DNA of 64,000 nt from Setoptus koraiensis (Eukaryota > Animalia > Arthropoda), in the NCBI GenBank assembly GCA_048013815.1, contig CM106585.1, forward strand, positions 806,001 through 870,000, written 5' to 3'. Each line of letters opens with the position of its first letter. Position 1 is the first letter of the stretch. A model generated the notes under the pieces. The model was not told the origin of the DNA. It was given only the letters and a program-made list of their open reading frames with translations, and searched no databases. This document shows positions 12,267 through 25,164 of the stretch, piece after piece. Both the position numbers and the translations under genes were made by a program.

Positions 12267-14454
12267 AAGTGCCGTGGCGCTTGCAGTTGGCGTGTGTGTC
12301 GCTGTTGCGCCAATGACGCTTCCGATGACGATCAACATTTAGCTGTTGTTGTCGTTGTCTGTCAAGGATGAGCATCTATTTTCCAGCACTGCACTGCCGC
12401 ACACACACACACACACACGCTTACGATGGTAGCTATTAGACAGTGGAGTGTTGGTGGCAGCAGCAACCAGCCGAGAACAACCTTTGAATAACAACACCGT
12501 CAGACAACAGTGGCTGTCGTTGATTTTGCTTTCGTTTGTGCTGTTGTTGTCGTCGTTGTCGTTGTCGTTGTTGTCGTTGTTGTCGTTGTTGTCGCTGTTG
12601 TCGCTGTTGTTGTTGTTGTTGCTGTTGCCGTTGCTGTCGTTGCCGTTGTCGTTGTCGCTGTCGTTGTTGGTGTCGCTGTTGCCGTTGTCGGGCCGACTTG
12701 TGCAGGCTGTCTGCTGTGTGTTTGCTGATTGAGCTAGCCAGCCGGCCCGACAGCCAGTCAGGCTAGTCGGGCTAGTCGCGCTGGTCGGGCTAGTGAGGAT
12801 CGATGGCAACAGCGAGACACGACACAGCTGATGGCGGCAACGCAAGCTCACTGATCAGCCACTCGCAATTTGACTTGCTGTTGGCGTGTGATGATGTTGT
12901 TGTTGTTGTTGTTGCCGCTGCTGCGATCATATCGTCGTCGTCGTCGTCGTCGTCGTCGTCTAACTAACACATGCCGCCTGTTATTTATTCCAGCTCGCCT
13001 GCCAATTGGCTGGCAAGCTCGATAAACAAGCCAGCCGGCGGTTCTAACGCTAGCTCGATCCAACAACCGCTCATTGCTCGCTGCTCGTTACTCGCTGCTC
13101 GTTGCGCTGTCTAGCCAAACTGGCTGCCGAGCGAGCCAAACGAGCTGGCCAGCAGCCATCTGCGAGCCAGCCAGCCAGCGACCCACCTGGGTACCAGCAA
13201 ACAACCGACGCCAGCGACCAGCGGCCAACAAGCGACGACCGACAGGCGACAAGCGACTGCTAACGACTGGCCTATACTCGCCATAGTCAGTGCAGTGCGG
13301 CTAGCATGTAGGTCGCCCAGTGTTGTTGTTGTCGTAACTAGAACTTGCAGCTTGTAGCGGCCAGTCGAACGACAGCAGCAGCAACAACAGCAACAACAAC
13401 AACAACAGCAGCAGCAACGACGCCAACAACAACAACAGCGACAACAACAACAGCGACAACAACGGCTCACGCTTCTTCTCTGGCGCTGGCTGGCTGCTGG
13501 CAACTAGCTAGCTCGGCGTTGTCGCTGTCGCTGTTGTTGTCGCTGTTGCTGTTGTTGTCGCTGTTGTTGGCGTTCATTATAGCTGCTGCCATTGTGGCTG
13601 CGAGCATGGCAAAGTGACTATAGCATGCCGACTATAGCAGCTAGTGACTGTACAATATAGTGAGTATGCTATAGTCGCTAGCGTGGTGACGCCAACTGCG
13701 GCACCAGCACCGACGCCAAATCGCGTAAACAACAACAACAGCAACAACAACAGCAACTACAATTACTCTCGTTGCAATTTATTGTTCACTAGCTGCACTA
13801 ACTGCTCGCTGCTGCTCGCTGCTGTTCACTGCCATTGTGCCACTGTTGCCGCTGATTATGATGATGATATATCTGGCTATTTGCTCTCTCCCTCTCTCTC
13901 ATATATCTGGCTGCCTGTCGACTTGCGAACTGTGTCGAGCCCGCCACTCGCATGCACACTTCGCCCAATCGGCTCGGCTCGGCCGGTTTGAGGCCAACAA
14001 CAACAACAGCAGCAGCAACAACGACAGCAGCAACAACAACAACAGCAACAACAACAACAACAACAACAACAACGACAGCGGCGGCGGCAGCAGCAGCAAC
14101 AACAGCCGCAACAACAACAACGAGCGACAAGACTTGCCGCTGCTGGCGTCGCTGTTGTTGCCGTCGCTGTTGTTGCCGTCGCCGCTGTTGTTGCCGTCGC
14201 TGTTGCTGGCTGTGTCGCTGCCGCTGCTGCTGTTGTTGTTGCAACAGCCACACACAGCCGACAGCAGACAACAAAGCCGTAACCTTTGCAGCTTGTCGGC
14301 CGCACCAACAACCAAAACAGCCGACAGCCAACAGCCGACAGCCAACAGCCGCTGCAACAACAGCACAGCCAACGATAACAACGGCGACGGCAACAACAGC
14401 GACGGCGGCGGCAATAACAATCAACTTGCCAAGTTGTTGTTGCTGTTGCCGCAG

Positions 14455-14455
<1 letters not shown>

Positions 14456-14505
<50 letters not shown>
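14456..14505 (+). repeat. (TG)25 microsatellite
   Basis: Direct reading. Confidence 0.95.
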
Positions 14506-14508
<3 letters not shown>

Positions 14509-15687
14509 CCCTTAGGTAGACAAACAACAACAGAGGCGGTTGCCTTGGTGAGCTGACAAGAGCAGCTATTCTCGCTCACGTCTGTCGTTGCTGGTGTTGT
14601 TGTTGTTGCTGTTGTTGGTGCCGGCGCTGTTGTTGGTGCCGCCGCTGTTGTTGCTGTCGCCGCTGTTGTTGCCGTCGCTGCTGTTGTTGCTGTCGCTGTC
14701 GCTGGCTGTGCTGTCGTTGTTGTGTCTGGCAGTGCTGTTATTGTCGGCACTGCTGCCGCTGCTGCTGTCGTTGTTGTCGGCAGCGCACACACGCACACTG
14801 TAAATACCGTCTAAATATTGTAGTTATTATTGCAGTGCAAACGCGCTTGTTGTTGTCGCTGCCGCTGCTGCCATGCCCATCTCACTGCCATGCCACTCGC
14901 AGTTACGACTTGTGTGCCGCCAACAACAACAACTGCAACTACCACTGCTGCTGCTGCTGTTTTTGTTGTTGCCGTTGTTGCTGTTGTTGCCGTTGTTGTT
15001 GTTATCTGGCCGCGACAACAACAGCGCCAACCACTGTGCCGGCCCGACAGACAAATGCGCCATTCGGTGCCGAGCAACTGCAACTGCAATTGTTGTTGTT
15101 GCTGTTGCTGCTGTTGTTGTTACGATAGCAGCGGCGGCAGCAGTTGCGGCCTGAGTTGATTGTGGCATTAGTAGTGGCCACTGGCAACTTGCACACATGC
15201 ATTCATTTAGGGCCAACTCCAGCTGGTCCTGTTGCTGTCGCTGTTGTTGTTGTTGCCTGTGTTGCTGCCGCTGTTGCTGTCGCTGCTGCTGCTGCTGTCG
15301 CTGTCGTTGCTGTTGTTGCCGGTCGTTTTGTCGGTGCTTGGCCGGTCGGTCGGTTGCGTCATTGCGTCATTGCGTCGGTGTTTGTATATCTTGTTATCGC
15401 CGGTCCGTCCGTTCTAACAGCGCCAACAACAGCAACAACAACAGCAACAATATTAGGAGTAGCCAACAGAGCGATTCGGTCGTTCGGTTATTGGCACGCA
15501 AAAGTGACCATGTTGTTGCCTGTCGCTCACTAGTCCACTGACCGGTGGTACAGCCAGTTGTTGTTGTTATCGCTGGTGCTGGCGCTGTTGTTGGCCAGAG
15601 ATATGATGATGAAACTTGTCTCTCTGCTCTGTTCAGCATGCCAACGACCAACAACAACAACAACAACAGCAACAACAACAGCAACAA

Positions 15688-15734
<47 letters not shown>

Positions 15735-17818
15735 ACTGTTTGCAATTCTAATTCAACTACGACTGGCGACTCGTTGATGGCCAAAGTGTGTGTGTGTGTG
15801 TCTGTCTGTCGGTCTGTGGGCAGCAGACCGAGTGCCCAGTGCAGCCACCAGCAGTGACAACAGCGTCACTTACACCGACACCGACAACGACATCAACGAC
15901 AACGACAACAACAACAACATCAACGACAGCCACCACTACCAACGACGACAACACAATGGACAACGTCCGTCAATGCGATTCTGATAATCGAACAGTCGCA
16001 ACGTTCCAACAAACAGCAAACCATTGGACGTGACCACTGCCCAATACCAATCGCGCCGATCGAATAGAGCCTACGATACAGATTGTCGCTGTTGTTGTTG
16101 TCGCTGTTGTTGTTGTCGTTGTTGTTGTTGTCGTTGTTGGAGTTGTTGCCGCCAGTTGTTGTGTGTTGGCAACAGCAACCGACAATGTTGGTCACTGTTA
16201 TGCCTACTGGTGTGTGGCCTCACTTTGCTCGGCTCAACTCCTTGTGGCCTCGCCTCTCAAGCTGCTGCTGTTGTTGCTGCTGGCGGCCACGTTAATCAAT
16301 AATAATAATAATAATAATTAATGGACAACTTTGCTCTTCTTGAGCTCAAATGAATACTGCCAATTAATGAATCATCATTAATTGTTGGCCTTGTTACTCG
16401 GCTTGCAAATAATAACAACTCGATTGTCCTTGAAAATGCACCCATTCGTCTCAATGTGGTGTCAACCGAATTGACACAACTGCATGCCATAACATGCCAT
16501 AACCAATGCAAATATTATACATATTGGTTAAATCGACAACGACCAGTCACCGTTGCAATTCTTACGTTCATTCTTCTTCACTATCATATCTATTCGGGGA
16601 AACTCTCAACTTTCAGCTCACATTCATCAAGGCATGCATCATAGTTATAATGTGACATGATGAAGCATGTTACACAACAAGAGAATGGTGTTACATAGGA
16701 TCTTCGATGGGCCCCATCACGAATGACTGGCTGACAAGCGACTGGCTAGATAAACAATAAGATATCCACTGCCTATCGATGGACAGAATGTAAAAATTTA
16801 TTCAATTGTTCATATTGGTAACTAACTAACACATTCGATACTAACAGTTGGGACGCACATATAAACAGATTAGACAACTTGAGACAAATTGGAGCTCAAT
16901 CTCTCTCGTCCAATCTATCGCTTTTGCCCGCCATACCTCTGCATTGGCTTGTGGATTGATTAGATACTCATTGGTCAACTATAAGACATAACTGGTTTCA
17001 TATGCTTTTGTTTTGTTTAACCGTTGTTTATTTGCTCGATTCATAGATACCTCTATATGCTACTCAATATTGATGCTCAATTACGTTCATCAGACAAACA
17101 AATTGATCACTATACAAAGACATTCCTAAAAGGATATATATATATATATCGCGAAATATATATATTACATCAATGTGTTGATGCATTTTGCCTGGGAACA
17201 AACAACAGAAATGAGCCTACGATTGCGAAAATTGTCCAATTTAGCCAATATTGCTATATGATAGCAATATCGCTATGAAATAATCCAAATTAATCGCTTG
17301 GCCAGCTTGTTGTTTGCCCAGGTAACATGTGACTTGAGTTTACTAGCTGTGCTGATAACCGTTAGTAATAAGTTGGCATGCCATTGAACAGGCAAGTTTA
17401 CATTTATCTTATCATCAATAATAAAAAGGTATAATTGAGGTTAACTGGGCAACAACCATGCCGAACACATCATAAACGAATGCATCATAAATGAAACAAA
17501 TATGAAATAAATAATTATAATTCATAATTAGGCCATTTGGTGTGTCAATAGATTGTGTAAGCATGGCGACATCAACTACAATGGCCGATCTATTGGTTGG
17601 TGAGCAGGTTTGGTTTGGGCTGATGCCGAGGCACGAATGATTGCAAATACAGACTGAATATGTGCATTCTAATTAGACATCTATCAAACCTTTTATCTGC
17701 TCACTTGAGGGCGCACAGAAACTCGTGAGAGGTGTTGCCGCATGTGTCAATTACATTCGAATTTCGAGTGCGCCAAGACGAACGGACTAACCAGAATTCG
17801 GATGAGCAGAGTTTCAAC

Positions 17819-17900
17819 GAGCAGCGTTCGACTGAGCGCCGTTCGACTGAGCGGCGTTCGAACGGGCGGCGTTCGAATGAGCGGCGTTCGAACGGGCGGC
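17819..17900 (+). repeat. 15-bp minisatellite (GAGCGGCGTTCGAMY) x~5.5
   Basis: Direct reading of tandem units. Confidence 0.9.
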
Positions 17901-20900
17901 GGGCCCCAGATAGACTTGTCTATGGTTGTGTCGTTTGTTTGTCGTTGCCGTTGTTGGCGTCGTTGTCGTTGGTTGGCATCAGCAACGACAGCAACGGGCA
18001 ACAACGCTGGTTGTTGGCTGCCATGCCCACTGTTGTCTCACCTCACTTTGTTTGGGTTGGCTGATGCTGTTGTTGATGTTGTTGTTGCTGCCGCTGCTAG
18101 TGTTGTCGCCGTCTGACGCTCGCTCACTCTCTCTGTCTCTCTAATCTCTTTCGCAGTGACCAGCAGCTTTTCTATACTATAGGCCATACTACAGCATGGT
18201 CGTCAGTATACAAACAACGGCGGCGGCGGCGACGACGACGACGACAACAACATCACCATGAGCGGCCAGCAGCCAGCGCACCAATAACAGCCAAACAACA
18301 GCTTGAATGGCAAGCGGCGGCGGCTGTCGCTGTTGGCGTTGCTGTCGCTGTTGTTGCTGTCGCTGTTGTTGCTGTCGCTGTTGTTGCTGTCGCTGTTGTT
18401 GCTGTCGCTGCTGTTGCTGTTGTTGTTGGCGCTGTCAGAGTTGCTTGGATCGCCCATTTGCAACAACAGCGACGTTGCAAGTTGGAATTCGCAACACAGA
18501 GAGTGTGTGTTGCATCAACAAGATGAGCGGATAAGAGTAGTCATGTCGACGCACACACATCGGGCTGGCATCGCATTTAGGCAAAGTTCGCGGATGTTGT
18601 TAGCAGTGTCTGTCGTTGTTGTTGGTGCCGCTGTTGTTGCTGTTACTGCTGTTGCTGGCGCTGATGCCCACACCAACGATGACAACAACATCACCATCGC
18701 CATCATCAACAACAACGCCGACAGCGACAGCACCACCACCAACAACAGCCATGCCGACACAAACTGCAACAACCACGCCATCAACAACAACCACGCCAAC
18801 AACAACCACGCCAACAACAACCGCGCCAGCAACAACCGCGCCAGCAACAACAACCGCGCCAACGACAGCAACAACAACAGCGTCATCAAGTGAACTGGCA
18901 AGAGACGACAACATCGGCCAACAACCACGGCACATGCACTGTGCCGATACGCGCTGCCACTGCCAACGGCAACAACAACACCGACAACCACAATGGCAAC
19001 GCGACTGGCGGCTCCAACGGCAACGAGGGGCCTTGACATAACGCTGACAAGATTGCTCAATTGAATCACAGTCACTCACTGTGAGTCAGTGTTCGGTCGG
19101 ACAGCCAGCTTTGCCAGATAGAAGCAGCGCCGGCTAATCGATCAATTGACGACTAATGAATTATCGCAAATTTCATTTTATTTTTCGCTCACTTTTATTG
19201 GTCGGCATGCCAGCATGGACACTCTCCGACTGTCGACCATATGACATACAGAGATAATCATATCGAGCCAGTTTGCAGCTCGAAGCTTGCAACTTAACCT
19301 AAAACTGATAACTTTAGTTGAGACCTGCAATTATTCAATTATTGTGTGTCATGCTCGGCCAATTGTGTGCATGCCATGATATGTTCGCGGGCAACGCGCC
19401 TTTCGCGCCAACAAACCGACAACAATTGTCGCAAAACTACGCATATAATCTAAGATTGGCCAACGTCGGCTAGCTTGCTGAGTGAGCTTCAGAGATTGTG
19501 ACTGAGCCAGTCGATTGGGCCTTTTTTAATTGGACATTTCGGTCGCTGCCCTTTCGACATTTGGGCATTCGGGCATTTGGGTACTGTCACTTGTCACTTG
19601 TGTTTTGGGTTGGTTGGTGCAGTGATGATGCTGGTCATGCCCATAGATGCCAACAACGACCACTGACCAACACTCAGCGGCGCCTTGACCGCGCGAGGGC
19701 GCCCCAAGCTGCAAACAGGCCAACAATGAGCCCATTGAATTCTCTCGCCGTCCTGCGACAACAACACTGATTTTCGAGTCACTCACTAACCGAGCCACGG
19801 CCGGTAAAAGCTGGACAACCTGGTCTTTTGTCGCAACGTTGCAGCAGCGACAACCGACAGCAGCGACAACCGACAGCGACAACCGACAGCAACAACCGAC
19901 AACAACAACCGACAACAACCGACAACGACAGCGACAACAACGACAAAAACAACGACGACACGAACGAGCACACAAGGCATGGCTATAAGTTGTATGAGTA
20001 AACAAATAACGAGCTAGAAAAGTTGATATTTTGTCGTTGTTGTCGCCTGTGCCTCAGTTTATCACTGGCGGTCGCTCGTTGTTGTCGCTGTTGCTGTCGA
20101 CGCGGTTGTTGTTTACGTCATTTGCTGTTTGTCGCTCTTTTGCAGTGTTGTCGTGCTATTGCCCTTGCCATACTGACACTGCCATGATACAGTAAGTTGT
20201 TAGCCGCACTCTGCCACCAAATGGCTGCCATTGTTGCTGTTGTTGTTGCGTTAGTTGTGGTGCGGTGGTGCAATGGTGCAATGGTGCAGTGGTGCCAATG
20301 TTAGTGTCGAGGCAACACTAACACTAACTAATCCACGTCGTGTCATATATGAGCTTTTGCCTGTTTGTGAGCTCTTTTTCGTCATCAGTTGATGTGGCGC
20401 TGATTATAAATTTAGTCAATCCATAACGCGCACACTGCACCGCCACACGCAACAACAGCAACAACGACCGCAACAGCAACAACCACGACAATACTCGACG
20501 GTTGTTGTCGTCGTTGTTGTGGGCCTGTTGGGTCGCGACCAATTGTTTAGTGTGGCCTAGTTGAGCCACTCACTAGTCACATTGTTAGGCGCGCTAGCCC
20601 CAGAGGTGCAACTATCGCCTTGCTGGCTGCACATTGTGTCAACTTGTGTGCCGTTGTTGCTGCTGTTGCTGTTGTCGTTGCTGTTGTCGTTGCTGTTGTC
20701 GTTGCTGCTTTTGCAACGACCGACTCACATCCGACGCCGACAACAACAACGACGACAAGTGCAGTTTGACGCTGTTGTCTGTGTACGAGAGTAGATGGTC
20801 GCGAGATATCCGATTGGATGTTGTTGTTGTTGTTGTTGTTGCTGCTGCTGCTGTTGTTGTCGTTGTTGTTGTTGCTGTTGCTGATGTAGACGAAAACTGC

Positions 20901-22564
20901 TCTGCTGTCTCGCTCCCTCTGCTTGTCTCTTTGCACGGCTCGATCATTAGCGATATCGCGCGCTCAAACAAGAACAACAAACGACGACTACACCAAATAA
21001 GCAACAACAACAAAGTTACGTAATATACACAGGCATACAATTTATATCGCCTACAACAACTAACAACTGGCAACGTTGTGAGAGCGCACATGGGCGCGCA
21101 TTTGCGAGCTACCCAGAGAGCTAGCACCTAGCGCCCAAACTTTATACACACACGCTTTGTATATCCGCAAACACTCTATGTTGTCGTCGTCGTCGTCGTC
21201 GTCAATGGCGACATTGTCACAAAGTTAGCATCTCATTATGCAACTCGAGACGCTACACTGGCGAGCCATCAAAGGCTGATGGCAACACAAAGATAGTATG
21301 CGATCTCGTGGAAACTGTTGCTAGCAACAACGGCAACAGTAACAACGGCAACAGCAACAACAACAGCAACAACAACAGCAACAACAACAACAACAGCAAC
21401 AACAACAACAACAACAACAACAGCAACATCAACAACGACCGCGACCACGAAAGGACCCACGCAGAGTGCTCCGATGTCAAGTACAACTTTGACGTTGCTG
21501 TTGTTGTTTGCCGATTGTCGTCTTGCCAGATACTGGCCAAGATAGTCTAGTCCTGCTAGTGCAGTCTATGATAGTAGTGCCATGGGAGACAATCTGACAC
21601 TATCGTGTGCCAGTGTGGTAAACAACAACAATAACGACAACAACAACGACAGTGCCTTGGCCAACGCCAATCAAGACCAATTTATAACCGTTGCGCAATG
21701 GCTTACCAAGAGGTATCGCAATTGGGCATATATGGTCATGTCGGTAAATTGATGGGCAACAATGATCTGGCTGTTATGTAATGTTGTTGCCAGTATGCTA
21801 TCGCAATTGTTGTTGTTTATGTTTATCTTGAGCGTGTTGTTGTTGTTGTTGCTGCTGCTGCGTTGTCCTAATCACTTATCTCTCGTCTACCTCACCACAC
21901 CATGCGATGCATCTGCATTACATGGTGCATGCAGTCTGGGGTATGGTATACACAATCTGCAGTACGCTACAACAACAACAACAACAACAGTCTGCAAAAT
22001 CATTGCAATTTGCAACTGTCGCCAGCCGGCAACTAACGACAATATTGTTGTTGTTGTTGTGTCGCAGTGGCGCTGATGTTGATGGTGGTGCAATCGTCAC
22101 TACAATTAATCATTGATGTTACTGCTGCTCACTAAATCGTCGCTTAAAATTGTTGTGAGCTTATCAATGTCACACTATTCAAACATGCACCACTACTCAC
22201 AACAATTACACAGCGCCACAATGCAGCGATTGTTGTCGCTCTTAATTGCTATCAACTTTATCATCGACCATCAATATTACTGCCTGTTATTATCATATTT
22301 ATACATTTAAATAGATTGACAACTAATTGTCTGCTGATTTTTAGCACCAACTCTGCACCGCAACACACGCCCATTCATAGGTGTATCCCAGCGTGGGCAT
22401 ATCAGCTTCAACCCAGCCAAGTAATCACTTGATAACCTCTGGCGATCAGTCATTAGTGACAGTTTGTGTTGGAATTGAATTTATATTTTGGACCTCATAA
22501 AAAAAAAAATAATGTTTCGTAGTTGAAGGTTGAGAGGAACCTAGAGACAATTATTATGAAGCGA

Positions 22565-22589
22565 TTTTCGCGCGCAAATTCGCGAAAAA
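22565..22589. promoter_or_regulatory. Possible paired E2F-like sites (TTTTCGCGC and inverted TTTTTCGCG)
   Basis: TTTTCGCGCGCAAATTCGCGAAAAA matches the TTTSSCGC-type consensus on the plus strand and a variant of it on the minus strand. It lies at the border of the low-complexity domain. Motif match only. Confidence 0.25.
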
Positions 22590-24103
22590 GTTGAGCTTGC
22601 ATTCGCGCATCTTAGAGAGCGCCACTGTCGCGACAAGATTAGCTAGGCAGATCAACACCGTTGTTGATAGTTGTTGTATCGTCAATATTTAACCCGACAG
22701 TGACACTAAAAGCTCTCCTCTGAATCGTGTCTCGCTTTTGTTTCCTATCGAAACTTCGGTTTGGCCGATCTCTCCACTATATTTGGCGGCTTCTTTCACT
22801 TGGGAACCAGACAGTTGAGTTAAGTTTTGACTCGACGCGACAGTAGAGCTGCCTATAAATCATCAATGTTTTTAGGACAAAAAGTTTCTGGAGAAAAAAA
22901 TTGTTTATAGAGTCAGACTTAGGAACATCAAGGCTACGGCTTCATTCTATTGCTAGGAGCTAGTTCGAGAGACAGCCCTCATTTACATAACACAGTCTGT
23001 TGTGGATAGTGTTACAAGGTCGTTGCTCGTTGAGGAACTCATTAGATAGACTAATAACTCAAGATGCTTGTGTACTTGAAATGCAAGTTAAGTCTAACTG
23101 TTAATAACTATGAGATTTGGATTAATTGTGTTAGACGTCAGAAGAAAGTGACAGTTTCACTAAAGCGCAAAATATATTTGTGAGTCGGTTGATGTGCAGC
23201 CATCAAAGTAAAGTACTCCATACAAAGTGACAGTGTTTTAATTTGGGTTTGTATCGAATATTCGGCCTTTGCAAACTTGTCTCGTCAAGCATCGCGTCAT
23301 TGAACTGATCGAGATACACACAATACGACATCGAAAAACATTGAGAATGGTCAAAAATCGCAAGTAAGAACGAGGCAAACACTCATCTTTCGACACAACA
23401 TCGTAAGCTATAAGTTACTAACAAGGTAAGTTATTTGCACGATATAGTGCATCTCGCTAAACTAAATAAAATTTAAAATACCAAAATAAATTCTATGAAA
23501 GAAGCATTCTATCAATTCTAGTTGTCCGAGGTGTCGGGCAAAATGGATTATTCTCTATACATCGCAATATGTTAGGTCGATATGAGAGAGAGAGAGAGAG
23601 AGAGTTTGTGGATGCATCAGCAACTATCGAGCGATTGGCCCTTTTTATAGGAGACCACATTCAACGCTGGCCACTTATCTAGCATCTCAAGAGATAATAT
23701 CGATGATATCTGCAATAGTGAGTCGATAAACAATTTGGCGATTTGGCATCAGAACAAAATGGCATGAGGGAGAGATATATGGAGAGAGGGTCTATTTGAT
23801 TTGCAAAGATATAGATCTCGATAGTGGTTTGTTTGTAAATGATTGGTGAGACATTTGGGCTGCTTGTATAGTTTTGTGTTGTCATTTAGAGATTGTTACA
23901 AATGTAGAAATGCGATTGTTATAAATGCATTATTGTGATGTTTATTGTCATGTGATTGTATGCTTATATACTCATACTTGATGATTGTTCGATGGTAATG
24001 ATGAGCATTTATCTAGTCAAGTTTTCAATCTAGAACAGCGGGTATATTTTCTATTATCTACACAGGCCGCTCATATATCTAATGGCACTAAACACAAACC
24101 TTA

Positions 24104-25164
24104 TTAGTTGGTGCTCTTGTTTCCTCCAAACAGTTTGTTCCAATAATTTGGTATGTCTTTGGTGACTGTCTCACTAAGAACAGTCTTGGCCTTCTCATAA
24201 GCGACAGGTATGTCTTTTTGAGCCACTTCTTTAATAGAAGTGCCAGCGTTCGATATTAATTCGCTGGCTTTCTTTTGGGTGTCGGTGCTAATGCCAATGT
24301 TGTTCAAGAATGTGTTGGCCTTGTTGTCGCTCACTGCTCCGGGATCCACAGATGCTGGAATGTCCAGGCCAACGTCACCTGTTGATTGTAAGCTACGTGA
24401 TGAGAATGTGTTGGCAGGTTTTTGGGCCGGCTCAAGATTTCGCTCAATCAATTTCTTCAGTTGAGTCCATTGATCGTCGACAGTTTCCGACACTTGGCTC
24501 CACAATTCTTTTGCCTCTTGTTGCATATTGTCTAAGGCTACCAGTAATGTCGAGGTCACATCGTCACCCATGAGAACCTCTTGTGATCGATTTGGTCCAA
24601 TCATGCGATATTCTGGGTTTGTTAGGCTAATTTGGCTAATTTGTTGCTCCAACGAAGCTTTACCGTTTTCTGCTGGTTTCACATCTCTGTCAGGCTTGAC
24701 ACTTTCTTCCGATCTAGACTCTAAAATAGTGGTGTCATCATTGTTTGGTGATGGAGTGGATGGATGAACCAAAATTTCATTTAATCTGCTGTCAGAGGAG
24801 TCGAATACGAGTTCTCCCTCAACTTCTAAATCACTATTTTTTTTGTTGTTGGTGCTGGCCCCATCGGACGCTTGTTGGCGCTTTGATGGTCTGGAAGCTA
24901 TTAGTTTATGTAAATAGTCGTCGAAAGAGTATGGCTTGGGATCCGCGCTAGACGAGACGAGCTCATAACGTCCGATGCTGTCATCTGAATAATTCAAGTG
25001 GCATACAGTAGAGTTGATATAATTGATTTAGTATGAACGGAGTTTAATCAGTCATACGGTTGTAGATTTCACTGCCGGATTTACTTACCTGATTTTAATC
25101 CATTAAGGGTTAAAACCGTGGCTACAATTACAACAATTGAGACACTTCTGACAATTGTGAGCAT
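24104..25164 (-). CDS. Uncharacterised secreted protein, join(complement 25089..25164, 24104..24984), 318 aa
   Basis: The 76-nt exon 1 encodes MLTIVRSVSIVVIVATVLTLNGLKS (signal-peptide-like) and ends in CAG|GTAAGT. A 104-nt intron ends TTATTCAG|. The phase-1 join gives ...KSDDSIGRY..., in frame with the 297-aa ORF; the total of 957 nt is an exact multiple of 3. Confidence 0.8.

Larger units (their letters stand above)
9600..22100. repeat. Extended low-complexity region of degenerate CAA/CAG/GAC (reverse TTG/CTG/GTC) trinucleotide blocks and CA/TG microsatellites, interrupted by ordinary AT-rich DNA around 16.3-17.7 kb and 19.1-19.8 kb
   Basis: Dense imperfect repeats on both strands. The ORF-track products here are overlapping homopolymer-rich peptides in all six frames with no domain content. 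Boundaries are approximate. Confidence 0.9.

Noticed and set aside
6206-17277. Identical 14-mer GCAATATCGCTATG at 6206..6219 and 17264..17277
   Set aside because: Several shared 14-mers are expected by chance in 64 kb, and the flanks do not align
17819-17900. Repeated GTTCGA resembling tRNA T-loop / Pol III B-box; also GGGTTCGAG at about 61887
   Set aside because: No cloverleaf, D-arm or A-box; the first case is a 15-bp minisatellite
9198-22310. More than 100 small ORFs (poly-L/V/C/T/N/Q; up to 253 aa) in the low-complexity region
   Set aside because: They overlap in all six frames, arise because CAA/CAG/GAC repeats lack stop codons, mostly begin at non-ATG starts and show no domain motifs
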